In this document: one piece after another, positions 14,433 to 27,585 of the stretch
Layout: every line of letters begins with the position of its first letter
How positions within the stretch are numbered: position 1 is the stretch's first letter
DNA from: Eledone cirrhosa
Taxonomy: Eukaryota
Assembly: GCA_964016885.1 (NCBI GenBank)
Contig: OZ024753.1
Coordinates: 43,028,001 to 43,092,000 of the forward strand
Reading direction: 5' to 3'
DNA length: 64,000 nucleotides
Position numbers and translations under genes: made by a program
The notes under the pieces: generated by a model
Database searches by the model: none
What the model saw: the letters and a program-made list of their open reading frames with translations, nothing else
Told to the model about the DNA's origin: nothing

Positions 14433-14623
14433 CGAAGGAAATGTGGTAAGGAACCAGGTGAACCATAACGCACCAAAGTACTCAATACTTAGGATAGTAG
14501 AGTGGGTAATAGGAACAAGTAAGACCCCGACGGCAGAGCTCAAGCCGTTTCGACGTCTAATTCTGTACAGAATTAGCCGTCGAAACGGCTTGAGCTCTGC
14601 CGTCGGGGTCTTACTTGTTCCTA
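14431..14623 (+). mobile_element. (TA)n-embedded fold-back element, family A
   Basis: About 80-bp unique segment followed by a 112-bp palindrome (14511-14622), flanked by (TA)n. Five further copies in the window. Confidence 0.8.
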
Positions 14624-15098
14624 TATATATATATATATATATATCATCATCATCATCGTTTTTACATCTATTTCTCCATGCTTGCATGGGTTGTACATGT
14701 CCTTTTCAGCAAAGCATCTCTCTACATCTCGCATTCCTTTGTCATCTCCTCAGTGAGTCTCAACAATTTGAGATCAGCTCTTACTGCCTCTATCCAGGTT
14801 TTGGTATCATAATAAAATGCTCCCTAACCACTAGACTATCCACTTTCACTCTCCTGAAAATTCACACTGAAAGCAAAATATGTTTAATTTATATGTTATT
14901 TCTTTTATAAAATATCTCGACAAGATAACATTCTCGTAGAAATTATAAAATTACTTTAACAGGATTCTGAGCTGTCCTAATCCGAAATGATTATTTCTGT
15001 ATTTAGTACAAGAAGTAAATGAGAAAATATTTGTTGGCTTCAGTTAAGCCGTGTAATAAAATGTCTTTGTTTATGTTTAATTATTATCAATGTATACT

Positions 15099-15533
15099 GG
15101 GTGTAAATCTACATGGCAGTGTGTATTATTTGACAGTATAGTGTCATCTAAAGGATAGATACTTCTCGTGGAATAATTGGTGTAAATTTCTGTGTAAATC
15201 TACATGGCAGCGTGTGTTATTTGACAGTACAGTGTCATCAAAAGGATAGGTGCTTCTCGTTGAATAATTGGTGTAAATTTCTGTGTAAATCTACACAGTA
15301 GTGTGTATTATTTGACAGTACAGTGTCATCTAAAGGATAGGTGCTTCTCGTGGAATAATTGGTGTAAATTTCTGTGTAAATCTACACAGTAGTGTGTATT
15401 ATTTGACAGTACAGTGTCATCAAAAGGATAGGTGCTTCTCGTGGAATAATTGGTGTAAATTTCTGTGTAAATCTACACGGTAGTGTGTATTATTTGACAG
15501 TACAGTGTCATCTAAAGGATAGGTGCTTCTCGT
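15099..15533. repeat. 91-bp minisatellite (~4.8 copies)
   Basis: ggtgtaaatttctgtgtaaatctac recurs at 15179, 15270, 15361 and 15452. Confidence 0.9.
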
Positions 15534-15731
15534 CAAATTTACATGAGTGAGTACAGTATATACACATATACACACATATATATATATATATACACATGTA
15601 CATATATACATACATATATGTATTATATAATGTATAGCTGACAGAATATGCATGTTTTTTTCTCAATATGTTTCTGCTCCTTCGTCTTCAACCTCTTTAT
15701 CTTTCTATTTCATCTTTTATTTCTCATACTA

Positions 15732-15767
15732 TCTTCTGATGAAGGATTAGTGTCTGAAACGTTGAGA
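15732..15767 (+). ncRNA. Minimal hammerhead ribozyme-like motif in a Penelope-like fragment
   Basis: TCTT-CTGATGA-AGGA-TTAGTG-TCT-GAAA-CG-TT-GAGA. Flanking sequence is homologous to the copy at 49190-49223. Confidence 0.55.
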
Positions 15768-15957
15768 CTCTCTTCCTGTTATTTCAAGATATATATTCTA
15801 ATGTATCATATATTCTACTGTATCGTTTGCTTTGTTATTTCTGTTTACGTTTTACATATATAAATTTATGTATACACACACGTTTCTGTAGTAATTCCAT
15901 TTCACTGCCACTGTGATCTCAGTTGCCAATCTTTGACATTTCCTTTTTTTATTACAG

Positions 15958-16057
15958 ATTCTGCGACTTATATCTGCAACAATGGATAGAGATGAATCAA
16001 CGTCTGCTTTGAGACCAGAGAATATTTTCAAAAATAGATGTAAAAATATCACACCAG
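15958..16057 (+). CDS. Receptor-type protein tyrosine phosphatase (R2B/PTPRM-K-T-U-like), D2 domain, first exon in window
   Basis: Acceptor tttttttattacag, donor gtaag. Translates ILRLISATMDRDESTSALRPENIFKNRCKNITP; KNRC corresponds to PTP motif 1 as seen in R2B D2 domains. 100 nt, ends in phase 1 and joins the next exon in frame. Confidence 0.9.
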
Positions 16058-17169
16058 GTAAGTTCTTCCCCACCAAATATATATTCTTTTTAGACATATG
16101 TGAGTTTTCATATATATGTACAGGATTCATGCATTCAATATAAGAAAATATATATCTTTAGATTTGCTATAAACAAATAAATACCTGCGAACACTCCTCC
16201 CCCTTCCCAACTGATATATATAAACAAGCTAAAGGAATGAATTTATGTCAGGGCAGGCTTCTGTCTGCTTACAACTGGTTCCATGTAACTCGGTACATCC
16301 TACTTCAAATAGTCCGAATAATAGCTAACCTCACCGCCTGAGTAATGGACAAAAATCCAAATCCTGTTTATGAAGCCAAGGCAGCAAACCAACATGTTAC
16401 TTTTAGAAGCGCGGATATAAGCCAAACCCTGCCCCCATCCACATTTTACCATTGATTTTTTTTTTTTGGGGTCACATATTCCTCGTCTTATATTCGAGTA
16501 TATATTCGAGTATTGCAATGACCTAGATTTTTGGAACATTCCATGCAGTATTCCAGATTTATATTACAAAGTCATAAAAAAAATAAATATGAGATGTAAG
16601 CCATAAATGAAGCAACGTCTATCTTTTCTGCAGAATATACCCATTACCCATCAACCCTCAACCAGAATTTTAAATATCATTATATTTCAGTTTTTCTTTC
16701 TTATCCTTAAATAAGGAAATTATTTTCTATGAGGGCATTTCTAAAGAAAAATGAAATGAATGCATTGGAACAGTCTTTCTGTGTCAAAATATTTTCAATG
16801 GTTATAAGTGAGATAAATGGCATATTTTCGAAGTCTATTTTGTTGCTTTAAAGAAAGCAAAGAGAAATTTATTCTTGGATTAATTCAGATTTTATGTAGG
16901 CGTTATTCTGGATTTGAAAGCATCTATTATACTAACTATTCAAAGACAAACTAAATTATTTGAAAAAAAAAAATTTAAATACCTGTCAAGTCTATAGCTT
17001 TCATTGCAGGTATATTGTAAGGTGCAACCTGACCAAGTGTAACTTTGCTACAACTGGCTTTTGGTCAGGATCAACATTCCCCTCTAAACTGCACAGCTGT
17101 GCAGGGACTGTATTGGTGCTGTGCAGATCAAAATCTTGCCACTCAGTCACTTAGGCAGCTGTGTAGTCA

Positions 17170-17961
17170 CTGCATTGGTGCCATGCACATGAAAATGTTG
17201 TCATGCAGCAGCTTTGGCTCCCATACAGTTGTTGTGTTTGAGCCCTGCACATGTATCTGTGCAGTATCTTTGGCAGCCATGCAGTCTGTTTGAGCCATGC
17301 ACATGTTGCTGTGCAGTAGCTTTAGCTGCCATGCAGTCGCTGTGTTTGAACCCTGCACATGTTGCTGTGCAGTAGCTTTAGCTGCCATGCAGTCGCTGTG
17401 TTTGAACCCTGCACATGTTGCTGTGCAGTAGCTTTAGCTGCCATGCAGCCTCTGTGTTTGTGCCATGCACATGTTGCTATGCAGTAGTTTTAGCTGCCAT
17501 GCAGTCTCTGTGTTTGTGCCATGCACATGTTGCTGTGCAGTAGCTTTAGCTGCCATGCAGTCTCTGTGTTTGTGCCATGCACATGTTGCTATGCAATAGC
17601 TTTAGCTGCCATGCAGTCTCTGTGTTTGTGCCATGCAGTCTCTGTGTTTGTGCCATGCACATGTTGCTGTGCAATAGCTTTAGCTGCCATGCAGTCTCTG
17701 TGTCTGTGCCATGCACATGTTGCTATGCAATAGCTTTAGCTGCCATGCAGTCTCTGTGTCTGTGCCATGCACATGTTGCTATGCAATAGCTTTAGCTGCC
17801 ATGCAGTCTCTGTGTTTGTGCCATGCAGTCTCTGTGTTTGTGCCATGCACATGTTGCTGTGCAATAGCTTTAGCTGCCATGCAGTCTCTGTGTCTGTGCC
17901 ATGCACATGTTGCTGTGCAATAGCTTTAGCTGCCATGCAGTCTCTGTGCCATGCACATGTT
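17170..17961. repeat. 56-bp minisatellite with occasional 22-bp internal duplications
   Basis: Unit tgccatgcacatgttgctRtgcaRtagctttagctgccatgcagtctctgtgtYtg; degenerates toward the left end. Confidence 0.9.
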
Positions 17962-18129
17962 ACCACTCGGTAGCTTAACCCAGGTGTCAACCCATGATGT
18001 CAAAAGCTTCAATTCTAAGAGAGAATATTATATTCCTATATTGCCTAATAAATTGAAATGAAACTGTTATAAATAAGATCAGTAAAATAAAGGATGTGAG
18101 ACATAGTGTAAGACCTAATATTTTACCTA

Positions 18130-18421
18130 TTAATCCATATGGTGAGCAAATGGGGTCCCACTTGCTGGCCTCCCCATAGCCCTGGCGGACAGGATGGAGA
18201 AGGCGTTTCCCCGGAGGATGGTAAGTGAGATGCGCTGGAAGAGCCATTCCAACTCGCGAGGCTCACACATGTGGCTGGCCAGCCCAGCGCCTGCGGTGGT
18301 GGATAGGGAGGTAGCCCTAGAGCCAAGGACAACAGAAGTCTCCACTGCCAAGGGCACGACTGCGAACCTGTCGGAGAGCGACCGGTACTTGGAGAGCTTA
18401 GCCTCCTCAGCCCGACATGCT
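18130..18421 (-). mobile_element. CRE-like non-LTR retrotransposon fragment (RLE endonuclease C-terminus)
   Basis: GC-rich island. Minus strand translates AEEAKLSKYRSLSDRFAVVPLAVETSVVLG...EPRELEWLFQRISLTILRGNAFSIL. Confidence 0.75.
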
Positions 18422-18917
18422 ATGTCATACTTAATTTAATTTTAAAATGTAAAAATCTGACGTCGAAGCTTATAAACTCTATGATACATTCCAATATTTT
18501 TTTTTCATAGTTTTTCGAGATTATTAGAGATAAATCTATTGCCATAAACATAACTGTATCAATATATTATTCCCAATAACTCTTTCCTTACCAAATCACC
18601 TTCATAAAACTGCCCTTAGTTTTATGATATAAAACTCTTTTATTTTAGTATTCTTATCATCATCACCATCATCATCACCATCATCATCACCATCATCATC
18701 TTCATTATCATCACCATCATCATCATCATCATCATCACCATCTTCATCATCATCATCATCCCATTATCATCCCATCACCACCACCATCACTACCATCATC
18801 ACACCACCTCCACCACCACCACCATCACTATCTAACGTCCATCCCCCCCCCCCTACTAGCCAGTGTTCCATTACCATTTTATGTGAGTTTCTTGTGAAAG
18901 TATCTCTCTAATAAAAT

Positions 18918-19108
18918 AATTGTTTCTACTTTGGGCACAAGGCCAGCAATTACCCAGTACATTACTGGTACTTTATTTTATCAACCCCGTAAGGATGAAA
19001 GGCAAAGTTAACCTCGGCGGGATTTGAACTCAGAATGGCAAGGGCCGTAACTCTATGCGCCAAAGCATGGCGTCCGACCCTCTACCGATACTGCCAATCC
19101 ACTGCCCT
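18918..19108 (-). mobile_element. Meta-type SINE
   Basis: Same family as 136-322. Confidence 0.8.
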
Positions 19109-19373
19109 TCATCTCTCTAATAAAATAATAAAATGCAATACTATACAAATATTACTAATATATCCTCTAAATATATCTCAACTGATAAGTTGCAGTCATT
19201 TTCATACAACTTAAAAGCCACTGAAATATGAAATATATTATAAATATTTTAGAATGAGTAATAATTATATTTCAGCAAAAATATCAATATTTGCAAGTTA
19301 ATTAAAATTAAGTAATATTCTACTTTAACTAAATAATATATTAGAAAAATTTTTTAAATATTAATCTTAGTAC

Positions 19374-19418
<45 letters not shown>

Positions 19419-19494
19419 GACACACATATATATATATATATGTATGTATATGTATATATATATATATATGTATGTATATATATATCTATGTAGG

Positions 19495-19527
<33 letters not shown>

Positions 19528-20790
19528 GTATATGTATGTATAAATGAGAAAATTTGTTACAACTGAAAAATAATCAATAATTAATCAAAAATAAGAATAC
19601 AGTGTCATCAATAAGAATATTATTAACTAAAATCAATATCTGTAGAATTAAAATGATAATATTCCGTTGTCATGGTGAATTGGCAGAGTCGTTAGAGCAT
19701 CAGATAGAAGGATTTGTGATATTTATTTTAGCTCTCTGCTCTTCAAGTTCAAATCCTGCCACGGTCAACTTTGCCTTTCATCCATTCCAGGTTGATAAAA
19801 AAAAGTACCAGTCAAATACTGGGGTTGATTGAAAGGCGTGAATGTCATAAACCCTCATTTTTTTAGTTTATGGATGGACATATTTGCTAGTATAAATGTA
19901 ATGGATGAAATATATCATATATACATGAAGAGGGCCGACTGCATTGGTGCAGACATGTGATTCACATAAATGATGCTCACTGGATGAAGAAGTGCTAGGA
20001 CACCCCAGTGGAAGGAAGCTACAGTAGAATTAGGCCAAGAAAGACATGGGCAGAGGTGGTGAGAGCTTATGAGAGCTGGTCTCATATCACTGAGACTCAC
20101 GAAGAGATGACAAAGGATTGTGATGAGTGGAGAGATGCTGTGCTGAAAAGAACCCATGGAAGCATGGTAAAACGGATGATGATGATGATGATGATATGTC
20201 CTGACCAAGGAAGATCCAAGCAGAAGTAGTGAGAACTAATCTCAACTCACTGAGACTCACAGAAGAAATGATGAAGGAACATAATAAATGGAGACTAGAT
20301 GTAGTGGAAAAGACCCATCCCACCCATGTAAACATGGGAAAAAAAACAGACACAAAATGATGATGATGATGATGATGATGACTCAAAAAGATTAGAATCC
20401 TCCACTCCACAAAATGCAGAGAAGCTGATTTTGTTAAAACTGTGTTCCATTAACTGACGGGTGTCATGTAGAATTAAAACTGACATCCATAAAGAAATTG
20501 AATTAAAAGATAGTAGATTCTATTTGAAATATTAAAATCAAGTGGCTTCAATAAAACCTTCAGTAGTAGTCTACATATATACATATGTGTGTGTGTGTGT
20601 ATGGCAGTCTGAGTTACAGTGTATGTATATGTATGTGAATATGTGTGAGTATATGTGTGAATTGTGATTGGGTGTGTGTGTGTGTGTGTGAGTGTGTGTG
20701 TACTTCAGTGCCATGGTTAATATATCTTAATTTTTCCATTTTTATCATCATTGAGTTTACATCTACACATATATATTTATATATATATAT

Positions 20791-21438
20791 ATCATCATCA
20801 TCATCATCAACGTTTAACGTCCGTGTTCCACGCTTGCATGGGTTTGGACGGGGGTAGTCCCACTTGAGGCAAGAGTGATTGTCTTGCTCGCATAGGACTG
20901 TCTGGCAGGTTTTCTACAGTTGGATGCCCTTCCTAACACCAACCACATTTACAGTGTGGGTCTGGGAGGTTTTTACCGTGTTGCCTACACGGCCACATTA
21001 CAGCGTGGACTGTGTGTTTTTTTGTCGTGACACCTACACGATCTCATTTGTTTCGGCCTGGAAGGCGCGGCACCAACATAACTTTACATAGAACGGGGTG
21101 GTGTGGATGGGGTGGGGGTGGTGGCGGGACGGGGTGTAGTTTGTTAGAGATGCCTACTGGCAAGGCGGGTCTTCTCTGTTACTGAGTACCGCCAAAGGTC
21201 ACGGTCCAGTGACATTGTCTTGGAGAGGTGTAAGTGTGTGAGGTCGGAGTTTATCAGCTCATCCCATGTTTTTCTAGGTCTGCCTATTCCGTGGCTACCG
21301 TCTATCTTTATTGCCCTGCACTTTGTAATACAGCTATCGACTTTCATGCGCATCACGTGTCCATACCAACGCAGCCTTCTCTCGAGTAAACAACATCTGA
21401 TCCCTCTTATCTCTAATTTTTTCCTTAGTTCGTTTATG

Positions 21439-21441
<3 letters not shown>
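20791..21441 (-). mobile_element. RTE-clade LINE 3' fragment with 3' UTR
   Basis: Encodes RLRWYGHVMRMKVDSCITKC...GRPRKTWDE, followed by a UTR and (ATG)n. The UTR alone recurs at 38449-38715. Confidence 0.8.
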
Positions 21442-21487
<46 letters not shown>

Positions 21488-21489
21488 AG

Positions 21490-21790
21490 GGTGGGTAAAA
21501 TTCCCGAGATCCATAAAGGAGGAGTTCTCTCCAGCGGTCTCTGTCCCTCATCATCGCTGCCATGTCCTGCCTCTCCAAGAGACCAGTGTCTGTCCTTAGG
21601 ACATCAACATATGCTAACCTCGGTCTCCCTCTTCCAGTGTGATCCATGCAGGGGTTCCCACAGGAGCACTGAGTACAGTGACAACTCTGGATGTCGGTGA
21701 GCATGTCCAGCTAACCTCAGTCTCCTCTGGGCTACTCTTGAGCTGACTTTTGGGAGGCTCTCGTGCAGCTCTGAGTTCTTCATCGTCAGT
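21490..21790 (-). mobile_element. RTE-like LINE 3' fragment, different family, frameshifted
   Basis: RRLRLAGHAHRHPE..VLLWEP then GRGRPRLAYVDVLRTDTGL...MMRDRDRWR, in two frames. Confidence 0.75.
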
Positions 21791-21805
21791 GTATACTGAT
21801 TAATG

Positions 21806-21849
<44 letters not shown>

Positions 21850-22189
21850 CATATACATATATCTTTCATATACAAAACAAACAAACATATGAGTTTTAGC
21901 TTATTCTTGTCTGAGTCCTGAGTGAATAAATCATAGATAAAAATCCAGAAACATGTGTCTGACATTCTCACTGGCTACTGAGAGAGCTGTGACATGATCA
22001 CTGCTTAAAATATTTATAGTCAGGCTCTTGTATGTTTATTGTTCATAACAGTATAGTATATGACTTCATATATACTCCTATTATGAACTACACCATGTTT
22101 CTACTAATGCTAATATATACATATATATATATATATATTTATAATGTTTCTACTAATGCTAATATATACATATATATATATATATATTT

Positions 22190-22500
22190 AAAATGGCGTA
22201 GGATAGAAGAAAGGAAAGGCACAGAAACGAAGAAAGAAATCCCCAGTCACTGAAGAGGTCACAGAGTGTGTGACGAAAGAACTATGACTATATATATATA
22301 AACAACTATCTGGTTGTGGAACCAACCAACCAACCAGAAATTTATAAATTTGTAAATTTATAAATATTTAATAAATTAAATTGAAGTGAAAGCAACTGGT
22401 GCGTGTGTTTCTTATTGGCAACATGACCCTCCCAAAGTATAACAATATCGGTTTCAACACACGATTTCAGATAAAGAATCTTGCTAAACAAATTCAGAAA

Positions 22501-22503
<3 letters not shown>
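22190..22503 (+). mobile_element. Hammerhead-bearing Penelope-like non-autonomous element (related copies 41130-41435, 41692-41961, 47046-47416, 55721-55990)
   Basis: Shared blocks aaccaaccaa, tgaccctccc(c/a)aagtataacaatat and acacgatttca...cttgc downstream of a hammerhead, flanked by (TA)n. Confidence 0.65.
22245..22289 (+). ncRNA. Type-I hammerhead ribozyme motif
   Basis: AGTCA-CTGAAGA-G-GTCACA-GAGTG-TGTGAC-GAAA-GAAC-TA-TGACT. Perfect 5-bp stem I and 6-bp stem II; CUA cleavage triplet. Confidence 0.75.
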
Positions 22504-22534
<31 letters not shown>

Positions 22535-22625
22535 GCAGATATATGTAAATAAATGTATGTATATATAAATGTGTTGGACCTCATTCATTAAGAATAATGA
22601 GTGTTCCAGCTTCTGAAGTTACATG

Positions 22626-23056
22626 CACTACACACACACACACACACTACACACACATACACTACACACACACTACACACACACACACACACACACACTC
22701 ACAAAAACACAAACACACATGCACACATACACATACACACACACACACACACTGCACATACACACACACACACACAACACACACACACACACACACACAG
22801 ACACACACTACACACACTTACACTACACACACATACACACACACACTACACACACACACTACACATACACTACACACACACACACTGAACACACACTACA
22901 CACACACTACACACACACACATACCCCCCCCCCACACACACACACTACACACACACACTATACACACACACTACACACACTACACACTCACACTACACAC
23001 TACACACACACACCATACACTACACACTACACTCACACTACACACTACACACACAC
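22626..23056. repeat. (CA)n/(CACTA)-rich array
   Basis: Direct inspection. Confidence 0.9.
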
Positions 23057-23573
23057 CTGCAATATATTGAAAGAGTGGGAAATATTTAAATAGATAGATA
23101 AATAAAAAGATAGATATATAGACAAAGAAAGGGAAAGGGAGTGGAAAGGAAAAGGGTATAAGGCACTGAGAAATAGAGAGAAAAATATTAAACTAGAGAG
23201 AGAGAGAGAGGGAGAGAAAATATGCATTGCTGCAGTATATGAAATAATCGTATAGAATGAGAAAAAAAAGATATTGTGAACCTTCAGCTTTTATTAACGA
23301 AAGACATTCTGGCGCCAATGTAGATTCGAATTTAAATCAATTTGGAGTCTCAGTCAAAAAGTTTGGTTCTTCAAAATGCTTCATTTCTCACAACAGTTCA
23401 ATTGTTGTGCCAAAAGTAGCAGAAGTAGTTTTGAGTCAATGGAACAAGTGACCATCTTTGAGAAAGAAAGGCGTCAGATGTACCATTGTGGAGGAGGATA
23501 GCACGCTAAAGAACTAACACATACATACACACACATATATATATATATGTGTGTATACATACACATACATACA

Positions 23574-23637
<64 letters not shown>

Positions 23638-23799
23638 TACATATATATATATACACACACATACATACACTCATACACTCATATACACATACATACACTC
23701 ATAAATATATATATATATATACATACATACACTCATATATATATATATATATATATATACATACATACGTTCATATATATATATGTATATATATATATA

Positions 23800-24398
23800 T
23801 GGTGGCTGCCAACTCGTTTTCGAGTACAGCCACTACTTTATATCCATGTAGGAGAACCCCTACTGATGTGTGACTTTTTAGTCCAGCCAGCGACTTGAAA
23901 ACTCTGGTACAAACACTACACTTGTGACAATTATTGACACATAGTGCTGGGCCCATGATACCATGTGACGACAAGTGCAGAGAGATCTCCAGATATAAAG
24001 CAATGCCTGTGCCGTGAAGCTTTTATAGTGAGCAAAGGCACTGCACAAAGCCAGTCCCACTCTTTTAACTAAGATGATATTTACCAAAACGAAGAAAAAG
24101 TCAACATCATTGGATACCATCAGGGTTGCAGGTGTTATATCAGAGTTTTCCTTCTCCTAGAATTCTGCCTTGACAAAGGCTAATGGGTCATCTCTCCCGG
24201 TGATTTTGGATGACCATTGACTCTTAAGAGCTCCTTTGCCCTTTGACAGGTTTTGTTTTTAGTCCTGCAGGATGTCCAAAGTCACCCTCCTCACCAAGAA
24301 ACCTTGGTGGGGTTGCCAGTTTAGTCGCCAACGACCCGACCATGAGACAGGTTGTACTGGGATACATGTTACCAGTTGCACCAACTGGTGACCTGACA
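23800..24398 (-). mobile_element. Probable internally deleted RTE-like element
   Basis: Higher-GC insert between (TA)n tracts. Minus strand encodes the C2H2-like [17 protein letters not shown] near its 3' end and has a structured, UTR-like 5' end. Confidence 0.45.
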
Positions 24399-24499
24399 TA
24401 TATATATATATGCACACATACATACACTCATAAATATATATATATATATATATACATACATACACTCATATATATATATACACACACATACATACACTC

Positions 24500-24533
<34 letters not shown>

Positions 24534-24851
24534 ACATAGACTCATAAATATATATATATACATACGTACACATATATATATATACACACATATACATACA
24601 CACACATACATAGATATATACATACATATATATATATATTTATATACACAAGTGTAATGTGTGATCTACAGACAGCTTGCTTGATAGATCTAGCTTTAAC
24701 TCATAACTCTAGAAAAATCTCCTGGTGGAGGTATGTAGGGCATGGATGGAGAGGTGAAGAGATGGATGGATGGATGGAAATAAAATAAAATAGAATAAAA
24801 TAAAAAATAAGCCACATCAAACAAATATAGATATTGAAGAATTCCATAGTA

Positions 24852-24895
<44 letters not shown>

Positions 24896-25152
24896 GTGTG
24901 TGTGTATATATATATATATAAACATAAATAAATACATGTACAGATGTATGTCAATGTACACACACATTTATTTGTATATGCATACATATACATATATATA
25001 CTTACATACATATATATATATCATCATTTAGCATGGGAGATGGACATTAAATGATGAAGATGATATATTTATATGTGTTTGTGTGTATATAAATATATAT
25101 ATATATATATACGATATTAAATAAATGGAAACTATATTTATAAAACCATATT

Positions 25153-25218
25153 TATTTCATTATATATATTTCAGGGATATCATATTAAAAATATGTTATG
25201 CCTTCTTCAGACAAAATA
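25153..25218 (-). ncRNA. Type-I hammerhead ribozyme motif (same family as 50718-50782)
   Basis: Minus strand: TATTTTGT-CTGAAGA-AGG...CCT-GAAA-TATATA-TA-ATGAAATA. Confidence 0.6.
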
Positions 25219-25350
25219 CAATATAAACAGTCTTATAAATAGATAGATTCGACATACCTTTCAACTTCGACTTCTATTTGAAAAGTTGAGTGCTTTTATA
25301 TCAGTTATAAATATTTACTCATTGTTAACCCAACAATTTAAATAAAACTT

Positions 25351-25423
<73 letters not shown>

Positions 25424-25550
25424 GTGAGGTTTTTTTAGAAACTGAAAAAAAAAACCGAGGTGTCCTACACGAGTTAAAGTATAAGGGAAAAAGATGAATC
25501 GAAAATGCAACTGGACTCTTTTTTTTTTTAAATATATATTTATTTGGTTC

Positions 25551-25586
25551 CTTTACCGGTTTCGCAGTTCTTCTGCTTTTCAAAAG
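25551..25586 (-). ncRNA. Hammerhead ribozyme motif, U3-A8 core variant
   Basis: Minus strand: CTT-TTGAAAA-GCAG-AAGAA-CTGC-GAAA-CCGG-TA-AAG. Confidence 0.6.
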
Positions 25587-25667
25587 TAGAATTGAGATGG
25601 AAGATTTGTGGTTTTTCTCACATCTATATATATAATACCCAACATAAGTATAGTTTCCTAAAAATAC

Positions 25668-25850
25668 TTGTTTCTACTTTAGGCACAAGGCTAGCAATTA
25701 CCCAGTGCATTACTGGTACTTTATTTTATCGACCCCGTAAGGATGAAAGGCAAAGTCAACCTCGGCGGGATTTGAACACAGATCGTAAAGGGACGTAACT
25801 ATGCTGGAAAGCATGGCGTCCGACCCTCTACCGATAGTGCCAATCCACCG
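25668..25850 (-). mobile_element. Meta-type SINE
   Basis: Same family as 136-322. Confidence 0.8.
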
Positions 25851-26674
25851 AAAATACTGTTGCTTATACAGATATTACAAGTTTGTGTATATGCAGGCCT
25901 GGAGAGAGTGTAGAAAGTTAGTTGGGCCTAGAATTTAGGTAAAGGATTCCTTTTTTTTTTTAAAGAAATTGCATATAGTGTTGGGTATTTGTATGTATTT
26001 TCAACATTTATTACATATTTCACATTACTATTCCTACAAGTATGAGACATAATATGTATGAGACATATATGTTGCTTTGGATAGATTCAATACATATCCA
26101 ATAGAAATATCGACATATTCAGCTAGCATACTGTAGTAGAAACTGGAAGTTTTACTCTCTATTGTTAACACCCATCACTTTCTTGTCACTCAACTTGTTA
26201 CTTTATACTACTCCTACAAAGGGTAAGAAACTATTTCTTTTACGATTCCCTTGACACTGCTGTAAGTGGCTTGCATTTCTATGATGCATGTGGATGTGCA
26301 ATGCTTCTGTGCATAGCAGTGATCTATTTATCATGATCTATTCAGAGAGTAGTTGTATTATTGGATTTTGAACCTATAAGTATTAGATAAGTGTCAGGAA
26401 TAATCCTTACTTGGATATTATGCTGTAATTGGATCTATTCTATACACATTTGGTGCAGAATAAATTTGATTCGAATGTCCAATATACTATGCTTCATGAC
26501 AAATATCATGAGGGTTTTCTTGAACAATGTGTTCCCATAAATTTCAAATGAAAGACATTGATATGTAGACCAAAAGTCCAACAGTTCTAACTGAATTGTA
26601 ATTTCCATTGAGATAACCTGAGCAACATTCTGACATGAAAATGTGTTTGGAGAAATCAATTCTTTTTTTATTTT

Positions 26675-26793
<119 letters not shown>

Positions 26794-26794
26794 G

Positions 26795-26866
<72 letters not shown>

Positions 26867-26989
26867 CCATCCCATGCCATATATATATATACATCATCAC
26901 AAGCATAATCCTCATTTAATGCTTTCTCTGCTAGCAAGGGTTGGATATATATGTGTGTGTGTTTGTGTATTTACATGTATATACATACA

Positions 26990-27044
<55 letters not shown>

Positions 27045-27221
27045 ATGTCCTGTCCAACTCTTGCAGGCAGGGAAAGCAGATGTTAAATGATGATGATTAT
27101 GATGATATACATTTATATATATTATATATACATTTATATATATATATATATATATATATGTAGATTGATTGATAGATATGTGTGTAAGTATTTGTTTGTG
27201 TATTTATATGCGTATATACAT

Positions 27222-27272
<51 letters not shown>

Positions 27273-27585
27273 AATGACAATACATAACCCCATTCCTGTT
27301 CAATATCTCGGAATGAATGAGTGAATACCACATAGATGCATAGATACATGAACAATGACTTAGCACACCTTATGAAGGAATCGATAAAGATGTAAATTTA
27401 TTATGGCATTATTACACTCTCATATCTAAGTATATAGGGAATATAAATAAACATCATCTTGAATTACAGTTGGGGAAATTATTATTTAGGTAACGGATAA
27501 AATATTGAAATACTTCTCTTTCTGCTCCAATGATTATTAAAGTTCCTGGTAAATTTCAGGAATAATGAGCTGCTGCTTCTTCTTA

